NCBI GenBank assembly: GCA_963793265.1
Contig: CAWBZI010000005.1
Span: 224,001 to 288,000 of the forward strand
Length of the DNA: 64,000 nucleotides
Direction: 5' to 3'
DNA from: an uncultured cyanobacterium
Lineage (GTDB): Bacteria > Cyanobacteriota > Cyanobacteriia > Phormidesmidales > Phormidesmidaceae
In this document: piece by piece, positions 31,319 through 41,431 of the stretch
Position numbering within the stretch: position 1 is the first letter of the stretch
How the letters are laid out: each line of letters starts with the position of its first letter
Translations under genes and position numbers: made by a program
The notes under the pieces: generated by a model
Databases searched by the model: none
Told to the model about the DNA's origin: nothing
What the model saw: only the letters and a program-made list of their open reading frames with translations

Positions 31319-32089
31319 TTACCAGGGCAGACGACTGCCATCCCAAGAGAAAAACTCGCCGCTCTCTTGCGGAGTCACTTGCTCAAGCACCTCAATAAGC
31401 TGTGAGACTGTACGCTCGGTTGAGAATAGCTTTTCAGGCGGAACACCTCGCTGAAAGGGCTTAGAGAGCTGCGTATCAGTAGTGCCTGGATGCAGTGCGA
31501 CAACTGCAGTGGTTGGATTGCGGCGGCTATATTCAATTGCGGCTGTTTTTAAGAACATATTAAGGGCGGCCTTAGAGGCTCGGTAGCCGTACCAGCCGCC
31601 TAATCGGTTGTCTTCGATGCTGCCCACTTTTGCAGAGATTGTGGCAAAAATAGCTTGCTCCTTGTGCTTAAACAAGGGTTGGAGATGTTTGGCAAGCAGG
31701 GCCGGGCCAATGCTATTGACCTTGAAGTAGTTGAGCAAATTGTCGGTATTGAGCTGGCGCAGGGCTTTTTCGGGCTGCTGCTGCTCGTTGTGCAAGAGCC
31801 CTACGCAGTTGATAGCTAAGTGAAGCTGAGGGGCAGTTTGCTTAATTTCAACCAGGCCACTAGCGATCTGCGTCTCTTCTGTAATGTCCATGGCGATGCA
31901 GTGTAATCGCTGTGGATGCTGGGCGCTTAGCTCGAATAGCGCAGCGGCCGTTTGTTTTGAGCGGTAGGTGGCGAAAAGATGGGCGATCGCCTCGTTTTGT
32001 AAAAGCTGTTCAACAAAGGCTAGCCCAATGCCTTGAGTTGCGCCTACAACCAAGGCATTAATGGCAGGCACAGTCGGGAGTAGGGTCAT
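31319..32089 (-). CDS. SDR oxidoreductase (C-factor/CsgA-like)
   Basis: GATQGIG, SAKVGSIEDNRLGGWYGYRASKAALN, LHPGTTDT. Confidence 0.93.
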   Translation of the reverse strand: MTLLPTVPAINALVVGATQGIGLAFVEQLLQNEAIAHLFATYRSKQTAAALFELSAQHPQRLHCIAMDITEETQIASGLVEIKQTAPQLHLAINCVGLLHNEQQQPEKALRQLNTDNLLNYFKVNSIGPALLAKHLQPLFKHKEQAIFATISAKVGSIEDNRLGGWYGYRASKAALNMFLKTAAIEYSRRNPTTAVVALHPGTTDTQLSKPFQRGVPPEKLFSTERTVSQLIEVLEQVTPQESGEFFSWDGSRLPW

Positions 32090-32121
32090 GAAAACATCTC
32101 AAAAGAGGAGTATTCACGAGC

Positions 32122-32658
32122 CTAGCACTTTAGCTGCTGGCATTTCTCTTCAGCAGCTTGCCGCGCTCGAATAGCGACTTCGAGCTGCTGCTGTTGAGAC
32201 TGAATAATAGCCTGCTGCGCCTGAAGCTGTAAGCCCTGTTGCCGCATCCTGAGCTGATTTTTAACGCGCGCGAGCACTTCAGCGGGGTGGAAGGGCTTGT
32301 GGATAAAGTCAGCAGCGCCCACCTCAAAGGCTTTGATTTTATCGAAGGTGAGATCGAGGGCGCTTAAGAAAATAACAGGAATATCCTGCGTCTCTGGATT
32401 AGCTTTAATTTGTGAGCACACTTCATAGCCATCGAGATCTGGCATCATGATATCGAGCAAAACCAGATCGGGTTTGAATCGAGGGATATTACGCAGGCCC
32501 ATCGCTCCATCCGGTGCTCTTCTGACTTCGTAGCCTTCTTCCATCAATAGGCTAGAGAGCAATCTTAGATTTTCTAGTAGATCGTCAACAACCAATATCT
32601 TAAAGCTGTCTCGTTTGATGGTTTCTTTGGACGATTTCTGATGCAAACTGCTCTCCAT
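32122..32658 (-). CDS. Response regulator (receiver plus short Gln-rich coiled coil)
   Basis: VVDD, LLDIMMP, IHKPF. Confidence 0.9.
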   Translation of the reverse strand: MESSLHQKSSKETIKRDSFKILVVDDLLENLRLLSSLLMEEGYEVRRAPDGAMGLRNIPRFKPDLVLLDIMMPDLDGYEVCSQIKANPETQDIPVIFLSALDLTFDKIKAFEVGAADFIHKPFHPAEVLARVKNQLRMRQQGLQLQAQQAIIQSQQQQLEVAIRARQAAEEKCQQLKC

Positions 32659-33067
32659 AACCCTCTAGCGTACCTGTAACAAAGGTGACATGATCTTACC
32701 TAGCACCTTCCTACTACCTGATTAAAAAGAGGCATACGAGGCGTAAGGATGTTTGCCTATATTATTCCCAATTCGAGTTTTCTTGATACATAGGATTACG
32801 ACGGTAGAAGTTAACAGGCTGCGAATGGGAAACCTGCTGGCATACATTAATTAATTAATATTGATTGAAAGCTAACCATATAAAAACAGGTAAAGTCTGG
32901 ATGGAAAGCCGATAGAAACAATGAATGAGGTGCTACATGAGAATGAAGCCTATAAGAGAAAGAATCAACTTCTACTTAATTGTTATTAGAGAACATTGTT
33001 GATAGGTGAAAACCTTCTATTGATTGCTGGCTTATTGAGATTGACTTTTGAGTAAGAGTGAGGAACG

Positions 33068-33499
33068 TTGCGCGTGAATATTTTATTAGTTGAAGACGAT
33101 TATTTGCTCGGACGAGGCACGGCTCGGCTGTTAGAAAAACTAGGTGGGCACCGAGTACGGCTGACTCACAAGGCGGCGGACGTGTTTAAGCACGCTCAGT
33201 CTGGATTAATAGACTTAGTGATTATGGATGTTAATTTACCAGGGACGTTTTGGCAGGGGGAGGAAGTAACAGGGGTCGATCTTTCTCGGCTGCTGAAGGC
33301 TCACCCGACAACGGCCTATCTACCGATTGTGCTGCTTACGGCTCATGCCATGGAGGCAGATCGTACGCGTTTGATCAACGATGCGCAGGCAGATTGCCTG
33401 TGCACTAAGCCGATTGCTGACTATGGCGCTTTTTTATCACTGCTAGAGCAGGTGAAAGCGGGCAACCGGGTTCATAACCTAACTGCTTCGGCTTCTTGA
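33068..33499 (+). CDS. Single-domain response regulator (DivK-like)
   Basis: LLVEDD, IMDVNLPG, LTAHAM, TKP. Confidence 0.88.
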   Translation: MRVNILLVEDDYLLGRGTARLLEKLGGHRVRLTHKAADVFKHAQSGLIDLVIMDVNLPGTFWQGEEVTGVDLSRLLKAHPTTAYLPIVLLTAHAMEADRTRLINDAQADCLCTKPIADYGAFLSLLEQVKAGNRVHNLTASAS

Positions 33500-36159
33500 A
33501 GGGCGTTAAGAATTTGTTTGTAGGCTAGGTTTTTGACGCACTTAGCTACTGCCTGAGCAAGCACATCCTGCTCAGGCGGTAGCTCTGCTGACAGCTCAAG
33601 GATGGCATCATCGTCCAAGTCAAGCGTGGCTTGAGTGAGGGCATATTGCCAGGCGGCGGGCGTTTGCGCAATCAGAGCCGAAGTCAGCGGTTGAGTGGCA
33701 GGCTTTAATATCTGCCCGTCGCCCTTATAGCGAGTTTCATATTGGTAGCGTACACCTAAGTGCTGCGCCATCTTCTCAAATACTTCGGCGGCTTGTACGG
33801 GCTTACTCACAAAATCGTCGCAGCCGCTGTCGAGCGCATCGGCTTTGTTTTCACTAAAGGCGCTGGCTGTCAGGGCAATTAAGACTGTACGCTTTTTGCC
33901 ATCGGCTGTTCTCTCGGCTGATTTTTCTAAAGATCTAATGCGCCGGGTAGCCTCTTCGCCATCTATCACCGGCATCCGCATGTCTATCCAAACCAAATCA
34001 GGCTGCCAGGATTGCCACTGAGCGATCGCCTCTTGCCCATCTACGGCTTCTCTAACATCAAAACCAACGCCTGCTAGCAAATGAGTTAGCAGCTTGCGAT
34101 TGACTGCTACATCATCAACCACTAAAACCTTATAGTTTTGATTCGGCGCAAGCCCAACAATGCGCCCGTTAGGTTCTTGCATCGGCGGGATCAGAAAGGC
34201 TTCTAATGTCGTTAGGGCAATGCTAAACGTAAAGCACGAGCCTTGGCCTAGCGTGGACTGTACGGTGAGTTCGCCGCCGAGTAGCTGCACATATTCGCGT
34301 GAGATCGCCAGTCCTAGCCCTGTGCCTTCGCGAGCAGTCAATCCCGAGTGGGTTTGAACGAAAGCTTCAAATAAACGGGCCTGATCGGAAAAGGAAATGC
34401 CAGCGCCCGTATCGGTGACGGAGAATGTAAGGGTCTGCCTAACGCCTTTCGAGCGTTGGACAGGCTGATCTGCCGGTTTGACGCTTAGGGTAATCGTGCC
34501 GGTGGTGGTAAATTTGATGGCGTTGCTGAGTAAGTTAATCAAAACTTGTCGAAGCTTGAGGCGATCGCTACACACAATTCGAGGCAAATGAGGCGATCGC
34601 TCGACCATTAGCCGGAGCCCTTTCTCAGTCGCTACGTTATGAAACATCTGCCCAAGTTCGTCAATCAGCGTATAAAGGTCAAACTCACCTTCAGCTAAAA
34701 CAACGTGTCCGGCTTCTATTTTTGAAATATCCAGCACATCGTTAATGAGCGCAAGTAAGTGCTCGCCGCTGTTGTAGATAATATCGAGATGTTCTTTTTG
34801 TTCTATAGTTGGCTGAGCGTCTCTAAGAATGTGGGTGAATCCTAGAATGGCATTGAGGGGCGATCGCAACTCATGGCTCATATTTGCTAAAAACTCGCTT
34901 TTCGCCTTGTTCGCAGCTTCTGCCGCCTCAGTCGCATGAGCGAGCTTTTGCACCGCCTGCTTACGCTCAGTAATGTCTTCAAAAACGTACAGGTAGGCGA
35001 AGGTAGAATTCTCTTCTTGAATAGGCCCATAAATTCGCCTGAGCGTCCGTCCATCTAAAAGCGGAACTTCATCTTCAACAATTCTGTTGCCATCGGTAAA
35101 GTCTTCAGCAGTTGAGGTGGCTACAAACGCACTGAGATTGACGCTACTCAGGCATTCGCTTAGTAATTGTTCTCCATTGATTTGGCCGCGCATTACAGAT
35201 TCTTGTAGATGTTCTAGCTGCCAAATGCGATAGAACTCCGAGTTTACAAACAGGGCCTCGTCAGTATCGCAAGCCATCACAAAAATGCCAGTAGGCGGCA
35301 GGTTATTGATCGCTCGCAGCAAAGCCTCGCTGCGCCGGAGCCTACCTTCTGCCTTTTTGCGCTCAGTGACATCTACCAAAACGCCCATAGAGCTACCGTC
35401 ACAGTCATCGCCGTTACAATCTGCAATAGTTGAGAGCAAGACATCCATTAAGTCGCCATTCTTTTTGATGAACTGACAGGAAATGTCTCTATGAACGCTG
35501 CTAACATAAGCATCTTTGACGCTACTCTGAAACAGCGTAGGCGCAACTCTAGCTTGAGAACTCTCGGTTAAAAATACCGATAGCGGCTGTCCAATTACCT
35601 CACTACGCTGGTAGCCTAGCTTCTCTAACCAATAGTGACTGACGCTAACAACCTGCCCTTTGCGGTCGATAGAGTGCAGCATAGCAGGCGTTTCTTCGTA
35701 GAGATACCGATAGCGAGATTCGCTTTCTTGCAGCGCTTTAAAGGTATCTAGGTAATGAGAAATATCAATCTGAGTACCGACATAGTGGGTGATCCTGCCG
35801 GTAGCGTCTGTAAGTGGCGAAAGCGTGATTTCATTCCAGAAAGCCCGTCCACTTTTGTGATAATTGCGCAGCAGTACTTTACAGCCAGTGCCTGCTGCTA
35901 ACGCGTGGCGGATATCGACTGCGCCGAGCTGCTGCGTTTCATCTCCCTGCAAAAAACGACAGTTCTTGCCAATGACTTCTTCAGCGCTGTAGCCAGTGAG
36001 GGCTTCAAAACTAGGGCTCGCGTACACAATTGGAAAATCGGGCTGCTGTGCGTCACAGATGATCAGGCCGTTTGCTGCATGGGCAATGACCTGCCTAAGC
36101 AGCTCCATTGGTAGGGTTTGCGGCACCTTTGAAGCAGCACCCGTGCGGTCAGTTTCCAT
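33472..36159 (-). CDS. LOV-PAS-PAS hybrid sensor histidine kinase with a receiver domain
   Basis: GKNCRFLQG LOV motif, FLANMSHELRSPLN H-box, NLLSNAIKFT, GTGLGL, receiver WIDMRMP. Confidence 0.95.
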   Translation of the reverse strand: METDRTGAASKVPQTLPMELLRQVIAHAANGLIICDAQQPDFPIVYASPSFEALTGYSAEEVIGKNCRFLQGDETQQLGAVDIRHALAAGTGCKVLLRNYHKSGRAFWNEITLSPLTDATGRITHYVGTQIDISHYLDTFKALQESESRYRYLYEETPAMLHSIDRKGQVVSVSHYWLEKLGYQRSEVIGQPLSVFLTESSQARVAPTLFQSSVKDAYVSSVHRDISCQFIKKNGDLMDVLLSTIADCNGDDCDGSSMGVLVDVTERKKAEGRLRRSEALLRAINNLPPTGIFVMACDTDEALFVNSEFYRIWQLEHLQESVMRGQINGEQLLSECLSSVNLSAFVATSTAEDFTDGNRIVEDEVPLLDGRTLRRIYGPIQEENSTFAYLYVFEDITERKQAVQKLAHATEAAEAANKAKSEFLANMSHELRSPLNAILGFTHILRDAQPTIEQKEHLDIIYNSGEHLLALINDVLDISKIEAGHVVLAEGEFDLYTLIDELGQMFHNVATEKGLRLMVERSPHLPRIVCSDRLKLRQVLINLLSNAIKFTTTGTITLSVKPADQPVQRSKGVRQTLTFSVTDTGAGISFSDQARLFEAFVQTHSGLTAREGTGLGLAISREYVQLLGGELTVQSTLGQGSCFTFSIALTTLEAFLIPPMQEPNGRIVGLAPNQNYKVLVVDDVAVNRKLLTHLLAGVGFDVREAVDGQEAIAQWQSWQPDLVWIDMRMPVIDGEEATRRIRSLEKSAERTADGKKRTVLIALTASAFSENKADALDSGCDDFVSKPVQAAEVFEKMAQHLGVRYQYETRYKGDGQILKPATQPLTSALIAQTPAAWQYALTQATLDLDDDAILELSAELPPEQDVLAQAVAKCVKNLAYKQILNALQEAEAVRL

Positions 36160-36239
36160 CGTTGATATTTCAAGCAGAGTTTATATATGTCTACCCAAAA
36201 CACTATCTACCCAAGACAGTGCTTACGATTTCTTTTGCA

Positions 36240-36923
36240 CTATTTCTTTTGCACGATGGAATTAATCAGGGTGGCAATCAGGCGATCGCTCTCCATGGGC
36301 ATCAGCGTTTTTCCGTGGAGCACTCGCTGCAGCATGACAAAATAGATCAGCGTACCGACAAACATGCGAGCGGTCGCCTCTGGATCGTCTAGCGCCAGCT
36401 CTTGGCGCGAAATTAGATAGCGAGTAATGCCGTCCAGCAGAGGCTTAGCGACATTTTGAATATAGGGTTCAGCAAGTTCTGGAAAGCGCCCTGACTCCCC
36501 AACAATCAACCGCATAAACTCACAGAATTCTGAGTTACAAGCCGCTTCATCCAAGATACTGGTAGCGATCGCTCTCAGCACGTCTTCAGGATCACCTTGC
36601 AGGGGTGCTTTATTACAGGGATCGAATACACTGCGAAACTTATCTTCGGCAAGCTGCTGCACAATCGCCGCAAATAGCCTGGCTTTATCCTGAAAGTGAC
36701 TATAGACCGTCGCTTTAGAAACGCCAGCGGCGGCAGCGACTCTATCCATACTGGTCGCCGCATAGCCATTAGCCAAAAATTCTTGCATAGCACCGTCTAA
36801 GATTGCCGCTGTTTTAGCGACAGACTTCTGTCGGCTTTTAGGAGAAGAGGCAATGCCATCAGGGCGATTAATAAGGGTCACCAAAGGACGGGGGCTATGG
36901 GAAGGCTGAAGTATCAGGGACAA
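36240..36923 (-). CDS. TetR/AcrR family transcriptional regulator
   Basis: GYAATSMDRVAAAAGVSKATVYSHFQDK helix-turn-helix; start codon uncertain. Confidence 0.93.
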   Translation of the reverse strand: MSLILQPSHSPRPLVTLINRPDGIASSPKSRQKSVAKTAAILDGAMQEFLANGYAATSMDRVAAAAGVSKATVYSHFQDKARLFAAIVQQLAEDKFRSVFDPCNKAPLQGDPEDVLRAIATSILDEAACNSEFCEFMRLIVGESGRFPELAEPYIQNVAKPLLDGITRYLISRQELALDDPEATARMFVGTLIYFVMLQRVLHGKTLMPMESDRLIATLINSIVQKK

Positions 36924-37057
36924 GCTGTATCAGCTTAGTACATTCCCCTGCGCTGTACAGCCTGCTATGGACTCATTAGTTGACGAGCTGTCTAGCTCCA
37001 AAGAAGTAAGTCGCCAGAGGTGACTTTGAGCTAGGTAGGTTGTCGTTTTTGATTAAT

Positions 37058-37094
37058 TATGAAACAATTATGAAAAGTGAAACGATTATGAAAT
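37058..37094 (+). promoter_or_regulatory. ManR-type direct-repeat operator upstream of mntC
   Basis: TATGAAAC-aat-TATGAAAA and AGTGAAAC-gat-TATGAAAT, two pairs of half sites with 3-bp spacers. Confidence 0.72.
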
Positions 37095-37113
37095 CCTCTG
37101 ACTTGAAATTTAT

Positions 37114-38052
37114 ATGGGCCGCTTTCTTTCTACGTTAGGTATCATTTCGCTGGCTTTGGCTTTGGCTGTAAGTGGCTGTGCTACGGCTGACTCGGCTGGG
37201 AGCGGGAATGGCGCGGCTGAGGGCGATCGCAAAAAAGTCCTCACTACGTTCACAATCCTGGCCGATATGGCCCAAAACGTAGCAGGCGATGCCCTTGAGG
37301 TAGAATCGATCACCCGCATTGGCGCAGAGATTCACGGCTACGAGCCCGTCCCGAGCGACATTGCCAAGGCTCAAAATGCCGATTTAATTTTGTATAACGG
37401 CATGGATTTGGAGCGCTGGTTTGAGCAGTTCTTAGGCAGCGTAGACGGCGTACCTTCAGCCACGCTCACCGAAGGCATTGAAGCGATCCCGATTGCCGCA
37501 GGCCCCTACAGCGACAAGCCTAATCCCCATGCCTGGATGTCGCCTCAAAATGCTTTGACATACGTAGAAAATATCCGCAAAGCATTCGTTGAGCTTGATC
37601 CTGAAAATGCAGAGACTTATAACGCCAACGCCGCAGCCTATAGCGAGCAGATCAAAGCAATTGACTCAACGCTTCAAGCAGAACTAGAAACGGTGCCTGA
37701 CGACCAGCGGTATTTGGTGACCTGCGAAGGGGCGTTCTCTTATCTTGCTCGCGATTACGACCTACAGGAAATCTACATTTGGCCCATCAACGCCGAGCAG
37801 CAGTCTACGCCCAAGCAGATCAAGTCGGTGATTGATCAGGTGTCGGACAACGATGTGCCGACTGTGTTTTGTGAGAGCACTATTAGCGATGAGGCCCAAA
37901 AGGAAATTGCTAAAGCAACCGGAGCGACCTTTGGCGGCAATCTGTATGTAGATTCGCTTTCGACTGAATCAGGGCCAGTGCCGACGTTTTTAGATTTGCT
38001 GCAGTATGACGCAGATGCGATCACTGATGGACTCACAGGAGGAGCTTCGTGA
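37114..38052 (+). CDS. mntC: Mn ABC transporter substrate-binding lipoprotein
   Basis: Lipobox VSGC, GAEIHGYEP, NPHAWMSP, CEGAFSYLA, YVDSLS. Confidence 0.92.
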   Translation: MGRFLSTLGIISLALALAVSGCATADSAGSGNGAAEGDRKKVLTTFTILADMAQNVAGDALEVESITRIGAEIHGYEPVPSDIAKAQNADLILYNGMDLERWFEQFLGSVDGVPSATLTEGIEAIPIAAGPYSDKPNPHAWMSPQNALTYVENIRKAFVELDPENAETYNANAAAYSEQIKAIDSTLQAELETVPDDQRYLVTCEGAFSYLARDYDLQEIYIWPINAEQQSTPKQIKSVIDQVSDNDVPTVFCESTISDEAQKEIAKATGATFGGNLYVDSLSTESGPVPTFLDLLQYDADAITDGLTGGAS

Positions 38053-38165
38053 TGGTTTGTTGAACTTAATATCTGCGCAAGGGTACAAGCCCGCCTACTC
38101 CTCCTATGAGAGGTTGCCTGCCCACTCTGTTCTCTACCTTGTTGTTAGCTGATACTTTTTGTCAT

Positions 38166-39047
38166 ATGACTTTTGCAACGACTCAATCCACGAATGCTAA
38201 TGCCTATGGTATCGCCATAGACAATATCAGCGTGACTTACAGCAACTCTCGCCTCGCTCTATACAACGCTAGCTGCTACGTGCAGCCCGGCACAATCACG
38301 GGATTGGTCGGGCCAAACGGCGGCGGCAAGTCAACGTTGTTTAAGTCGATTATGGGCTTTTTATCACCTAGTCAGGGCCGAGTGCACATTGATGATTTAT
38401 CAGTAGAGAAGGCGCAAAAGCAACAGCTTATGGCGTATGTGCCGCAGGCGGACGAAGTGGACTGGAACTTTCCGATTAGCGTGTATGATGTGGTGATGAT
38501 GGGCCGCTATGGATACATGAACATGTTTCGCATTCCTAGCCGCAAAGATCGGCGGATTGTGATGGAGAGTTTGGAACGGGTTGGCTTAAGTGACTTTAAG
38601 AATCGTCAGATTGGTGAGCTGTCGGGTGGGCAAAAGAAGAGAGCATTTTTGGCGCGAGCACTCGCCCAAGAAGGTCGGGTGATTTTGTTAGATGAGCCTT
38701 TTACTGGCGTGGATGTGAAAACTGAAAAGAGCATCATTAATTTGCTGTTGCAGTTGCGAGACGAAGGGCATACGGTGCTGGTGTCTACACACGATTTGGC
38801 TTCGATTTCTACGTTCTGCGATCGCGTCATCCTACTCAATCAAACCATCCTTGCCGCAGGGACTACCGAAGAAACCTTCACCGAAGAAAACCTATCAATG
38901 ACCTTTGGTGGCTTGCCCATCAGCAGTCTTCCTGCTGCAAAAGCCAATCGTTCGCCCGAACACCGCTCCGCTCATCAACCCGGCCACCCGACTACTCAAC
39001 CCGTGAAGGTCAAAGCGCCCGTTGACGCTCGCGGAACCGATACATGA
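38166..39047 (+). CDS. mntA: Mn ABC transporter ATP-binding protein
   Basis: GPNGGGKST, LSGGQKKR, LLDEPF; ATG at 38166. Confidence 0.9.
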   Translation: MTFATTQSTNANAYGIAIDNISVTYSNSRLALYNASCYVQPGTITGLVGPNGGGKSTLFKSIMGFLSPSQGRVHIDDLSVEKAQKQQLMAYVPQADEVDWNFPISVYDVVMMGRYGYMNMFRIPSRKDRRIVMESLERVGLSDFKNRQIGELSGGQKKRAFLARALAQEGRVILLDEPFTGVDVKTEKSIINLLLQLRDEGHTVLVSTHDLASISTFCDRVILLNQTILAAGTTEETFTEENLSMTFGGLPISSLPAAKANRSPEHRSAHQPGHPTTQPVKVKAPVDARGTDT

Positions 39048-39922
39048 TAGCCGTTTGGGACTGGCTAGTTGAGCCCTTTCAGCTAGGCTTTATGATTCAG
39101 GCGCTATGGGTTAGCGCCTTTGTTGGCACGGTTTGCGCGGTGCTCTCCTGCTATATCACCTTGAAAGGGTGGTCGCTAATGGGCGACGCGGTTTCTCACG
39201 CGGTTGTGCCAGGTGTGGTAGTCGCTTATGCGCTAGGGCTTCCATTCTCTTTGGGGGCATTTGTCTTTGGCTTTGGCGCGACGGTAGCTATTGGCTATGT
39301 GAAGTCTAAAACACGTCTAAAAGAAGACGCAGTGATTGGCGTTATCTTCACGGGTTTCTTTGCGTTTGGGCTGGTGCTAGCGACTAAGATTCCAAGCAAC
39401 ATCGACCTCTTTCACATTCTCTTTGGTAATGTGCTGGGCATCTCGACACAAGACATTATCCAAACGCTGATCGCAGGCTTTCTAACGCTGGCGATCATTT
39501 TATTTCGGCGTAAAGATTTACTATTGTTTTGCTTCGATCCAAACCACGCTAAGGCGATCGGGCTTAACACTCAGTTGATGTATTACACCTTACTCTCTGT
39601 GCTGGCACTGACAATTGTTACAGCCTTGCAGACAGCAGGCATTGTGCTAGTTGTAGCGATGTTGATTACGCCTGGGGCTACGGCTTATTTGTTGAGCGAT
39701 CGCTTCGACCATATGCTGATGATTTCTGTGGCTAGCAGCGTTTTATCTTGCCTGTTAGGCACCTATACCAGCTATCATCTTGATGCCTCTACAGGCGGCT
39801 GTATTGTTGTTTTGATGACAACGCTCTTTATTGCAGCAATGGTATTTGGGCCTAAATACGGCATGTTAGCCCAGCAGCTTCAGCGCAAAGCGAACAAAAA
39901 GCGGTTAAATGAGATGTCCTAA
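39044..39922 (+). CDS. mntB: Mn ABC transporter permease
   Basis: WSLMGDAVSHAVVPG and LFGNVLGI; ATGA overlap with mntA. Confidence 0.9.
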   Translation: MIAVWDWLVEPFQLGFMIQALWVSAFVGTVCAVLSCYITLKGWSLMGDAVSHAVVPGVVVAYALGLPFSLGAFVFGFGATVAIGYVKSKTRLKEDAVIGVIFTGFFAFGLVLATKIPSNIDLFHILFGNVLGISTQDIIQTLIAGFLTLAIILFRRKDLLLFCFDPNHAKAIGLNTQLMYYTLLSVLALTIVTALQTAGIVLVVAMLITPGATAYLLSDRFDHMLMISVASSVLSCLLGTYTSYHLDASTGGCIVVLMTTLFIAAMVFGPKYGMLAQQLQRKANKKRLNEMS

Positions 39923-39942
39923 CCGCTTTTTGTCCACTTTTT

Positions 39943-41223
39943 ATGAACTCAGATCAGCTCATCGCTCTAGACCGTCAGCACGTATGGCATCCTTACGCAG
40001 CAATGCCAAATCCGCTACCTGTGTTCCCGGTACGTGCTGCTAAAGGGGTGCGAATTGAGTTGGAAGATGGGCGATCGCTCATAGACGGCATTTCTTCTTG
40101 GTGGACATGCATTCACGGTTATAGTCACCCACGTCTAAACGCCGCTGCCCAGCGTCAAATAGAGCGAATGTCTCATGTGATGTTCGGCGGGCTCACGCAC
40201 AGACCTGCAATAGAGTTAGCCACAAAGCTCATAGACATAACGCCTGAGCCGCTACAGCACGTCTTCTTTTCAGACTCGGGCTCAGTAGCAGTAGAAATCG
40301 CTATGAAAATGGCGGTACAGTACTGGCATAACAGAGGTCAGCCTGGTAAAGATCGCTTCCTCACCATTCGCAATGGCTATCATGGTGACACCTTCGCCGC
40401 CATGTCTGCCTGCGATCCGGTGAATGGAATGCACCATCTGTTTAGCGGATTGTTGACACAGCAATATTTTGCAGACGCGCCGCAGGTTTGCTTTGGTCAG
40501 GCGTGGCGAGAGGAGGATATTGAGAGTTTTGCAAGATTGTTGGAGGATAAGGGTGATCGCATTGCCGCTGCTATCTTCGAGCCCATTGTGCAAAACGCGG
40601 GCGGCGTTCGCTTCTATCATCCTGACTATTTGCGTAGAGCCCACGAGCTATGCAAACAGCACAACGTTCTGCTTATCCTAGATGAGATCGCAACTGGATT
40701 TGGCCGCACCGGAAAGCTATTCGCCTGCGAATATGCACAGATCTCTCCAGACATTATGTGCGTAGGCAAAGCGCTCTCAGGCGGCTTTATGTCATTGGCC
40801 GCAACGCTAGCAACAACTCATATCAGTGAGACTTTCTCTGCGGGTGAAGCGGGCGTATTCATGCATGGCCCAACATTTATGGGGAATCCGTTGGCCTGTG
40901 CGGTTGCCCTAGAAAACTTAGAACTATTAGAAAGCTATGACTGGCGGGCTAGGGTTGCCGAGATTGAGGCTCAGCTTAAGGAAGAACTAGAGCCCTGTCG
41001 TCGTTTGAAGGCGGTGAAGGATGTGAGGGTTTTAGGGGCGATCGCAGCCGTAGAACTGCACGATCCTGTAGATATGGCTATCGTGCAGCCGCAGTTTGTG
41101 AAAAAAGGCGTGTGGCTCAGACCGTTTGGGCAACTGCTATACACAATGCCGCCGTATATCATTACGCCTGATGAACTGCGAGCGGTTACGACGGCCATCT
41201 ATGAGGTGGCCACTACTTGCTGA
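39943..41223 (+). CDS. bioA: Adenosylmethionine-8-amino-7-oxononanoate aminotransferase
   Basis: WHPY, DGISSWW, SHVMFGG, DSGSVAVE, YHGDT, DEIATGFGRTG, GKALSGG, HGPTFMGNPLAC. Confidence 0.96.
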   Translation: MNSDQLIALDRQHVWHPYAAMPNPLPVFPVRAAKGVRIELEDGRSLIDGISSWWTCIHGYSHPRLNAAAQRQIERMSHVMFGGLTHRPAIELATKLIDITPEPLQHVFFSDSGSVAVEIAMKMAVQYWHNRGQPGKDRFLTIRNGYHGDTFAAMSACDPVNGMHHLFSGLLTQQYFADAPQVCFGQAWREEDIESFARLLEDKGDRIAAAIFEPIVQNAGGVRFYHPDYLRRAHELCKQHNVLLILDEIATGFGRTGKLFACEYAQISPDIMCVGKALSGGFMSLAATLATTHISETFSAGEAGVFMHGPTFMGNPLACAVALENLELLESYDWRARVAEIEAQLKEELEPCRRLKAVKDVRVLGAIAAVELHDPVDMAIVQPQFVKKGVWLRPFGQLLYTMPPYIITPDELRAVTTAIYEVATTC

Positions 41224-41290
41224 TATGCCTGCGCATTCGGTTAAGCCTTTAACTGAGTGAATAGCCGACTGTAGGGTATCAGCCCTCATC

Positions 41291-41318
41291 ATTGATAGAT
41301 GATATTCATATTCAATAG
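41291..41318. promoter_or_regulatory. Fur-box-like site upstream of the GCS2 ligase gene
   Basis: ATTGATAGATGATATTCATATTCAATAG resembles the TGATAATnATTATCA 7-1-7 repeat. Confidence 0.5.
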
Positions 41319-41431
41319 TGTAATATTGTCAGGTTGAGTTAATAGCGGTTTTGCTATGAAAAACCTGCAAATTCGATTAATAACCTGCTCTATATAGCTT
41401 GAGAAGAAGAGTATTAACAGGAATAATTCTT

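Noticed and set aside
32298..32306. Perfect E. coli-type DnaA box TGTGGATAA
   Set aside because: Single copy inside a CDS, expected by chance.
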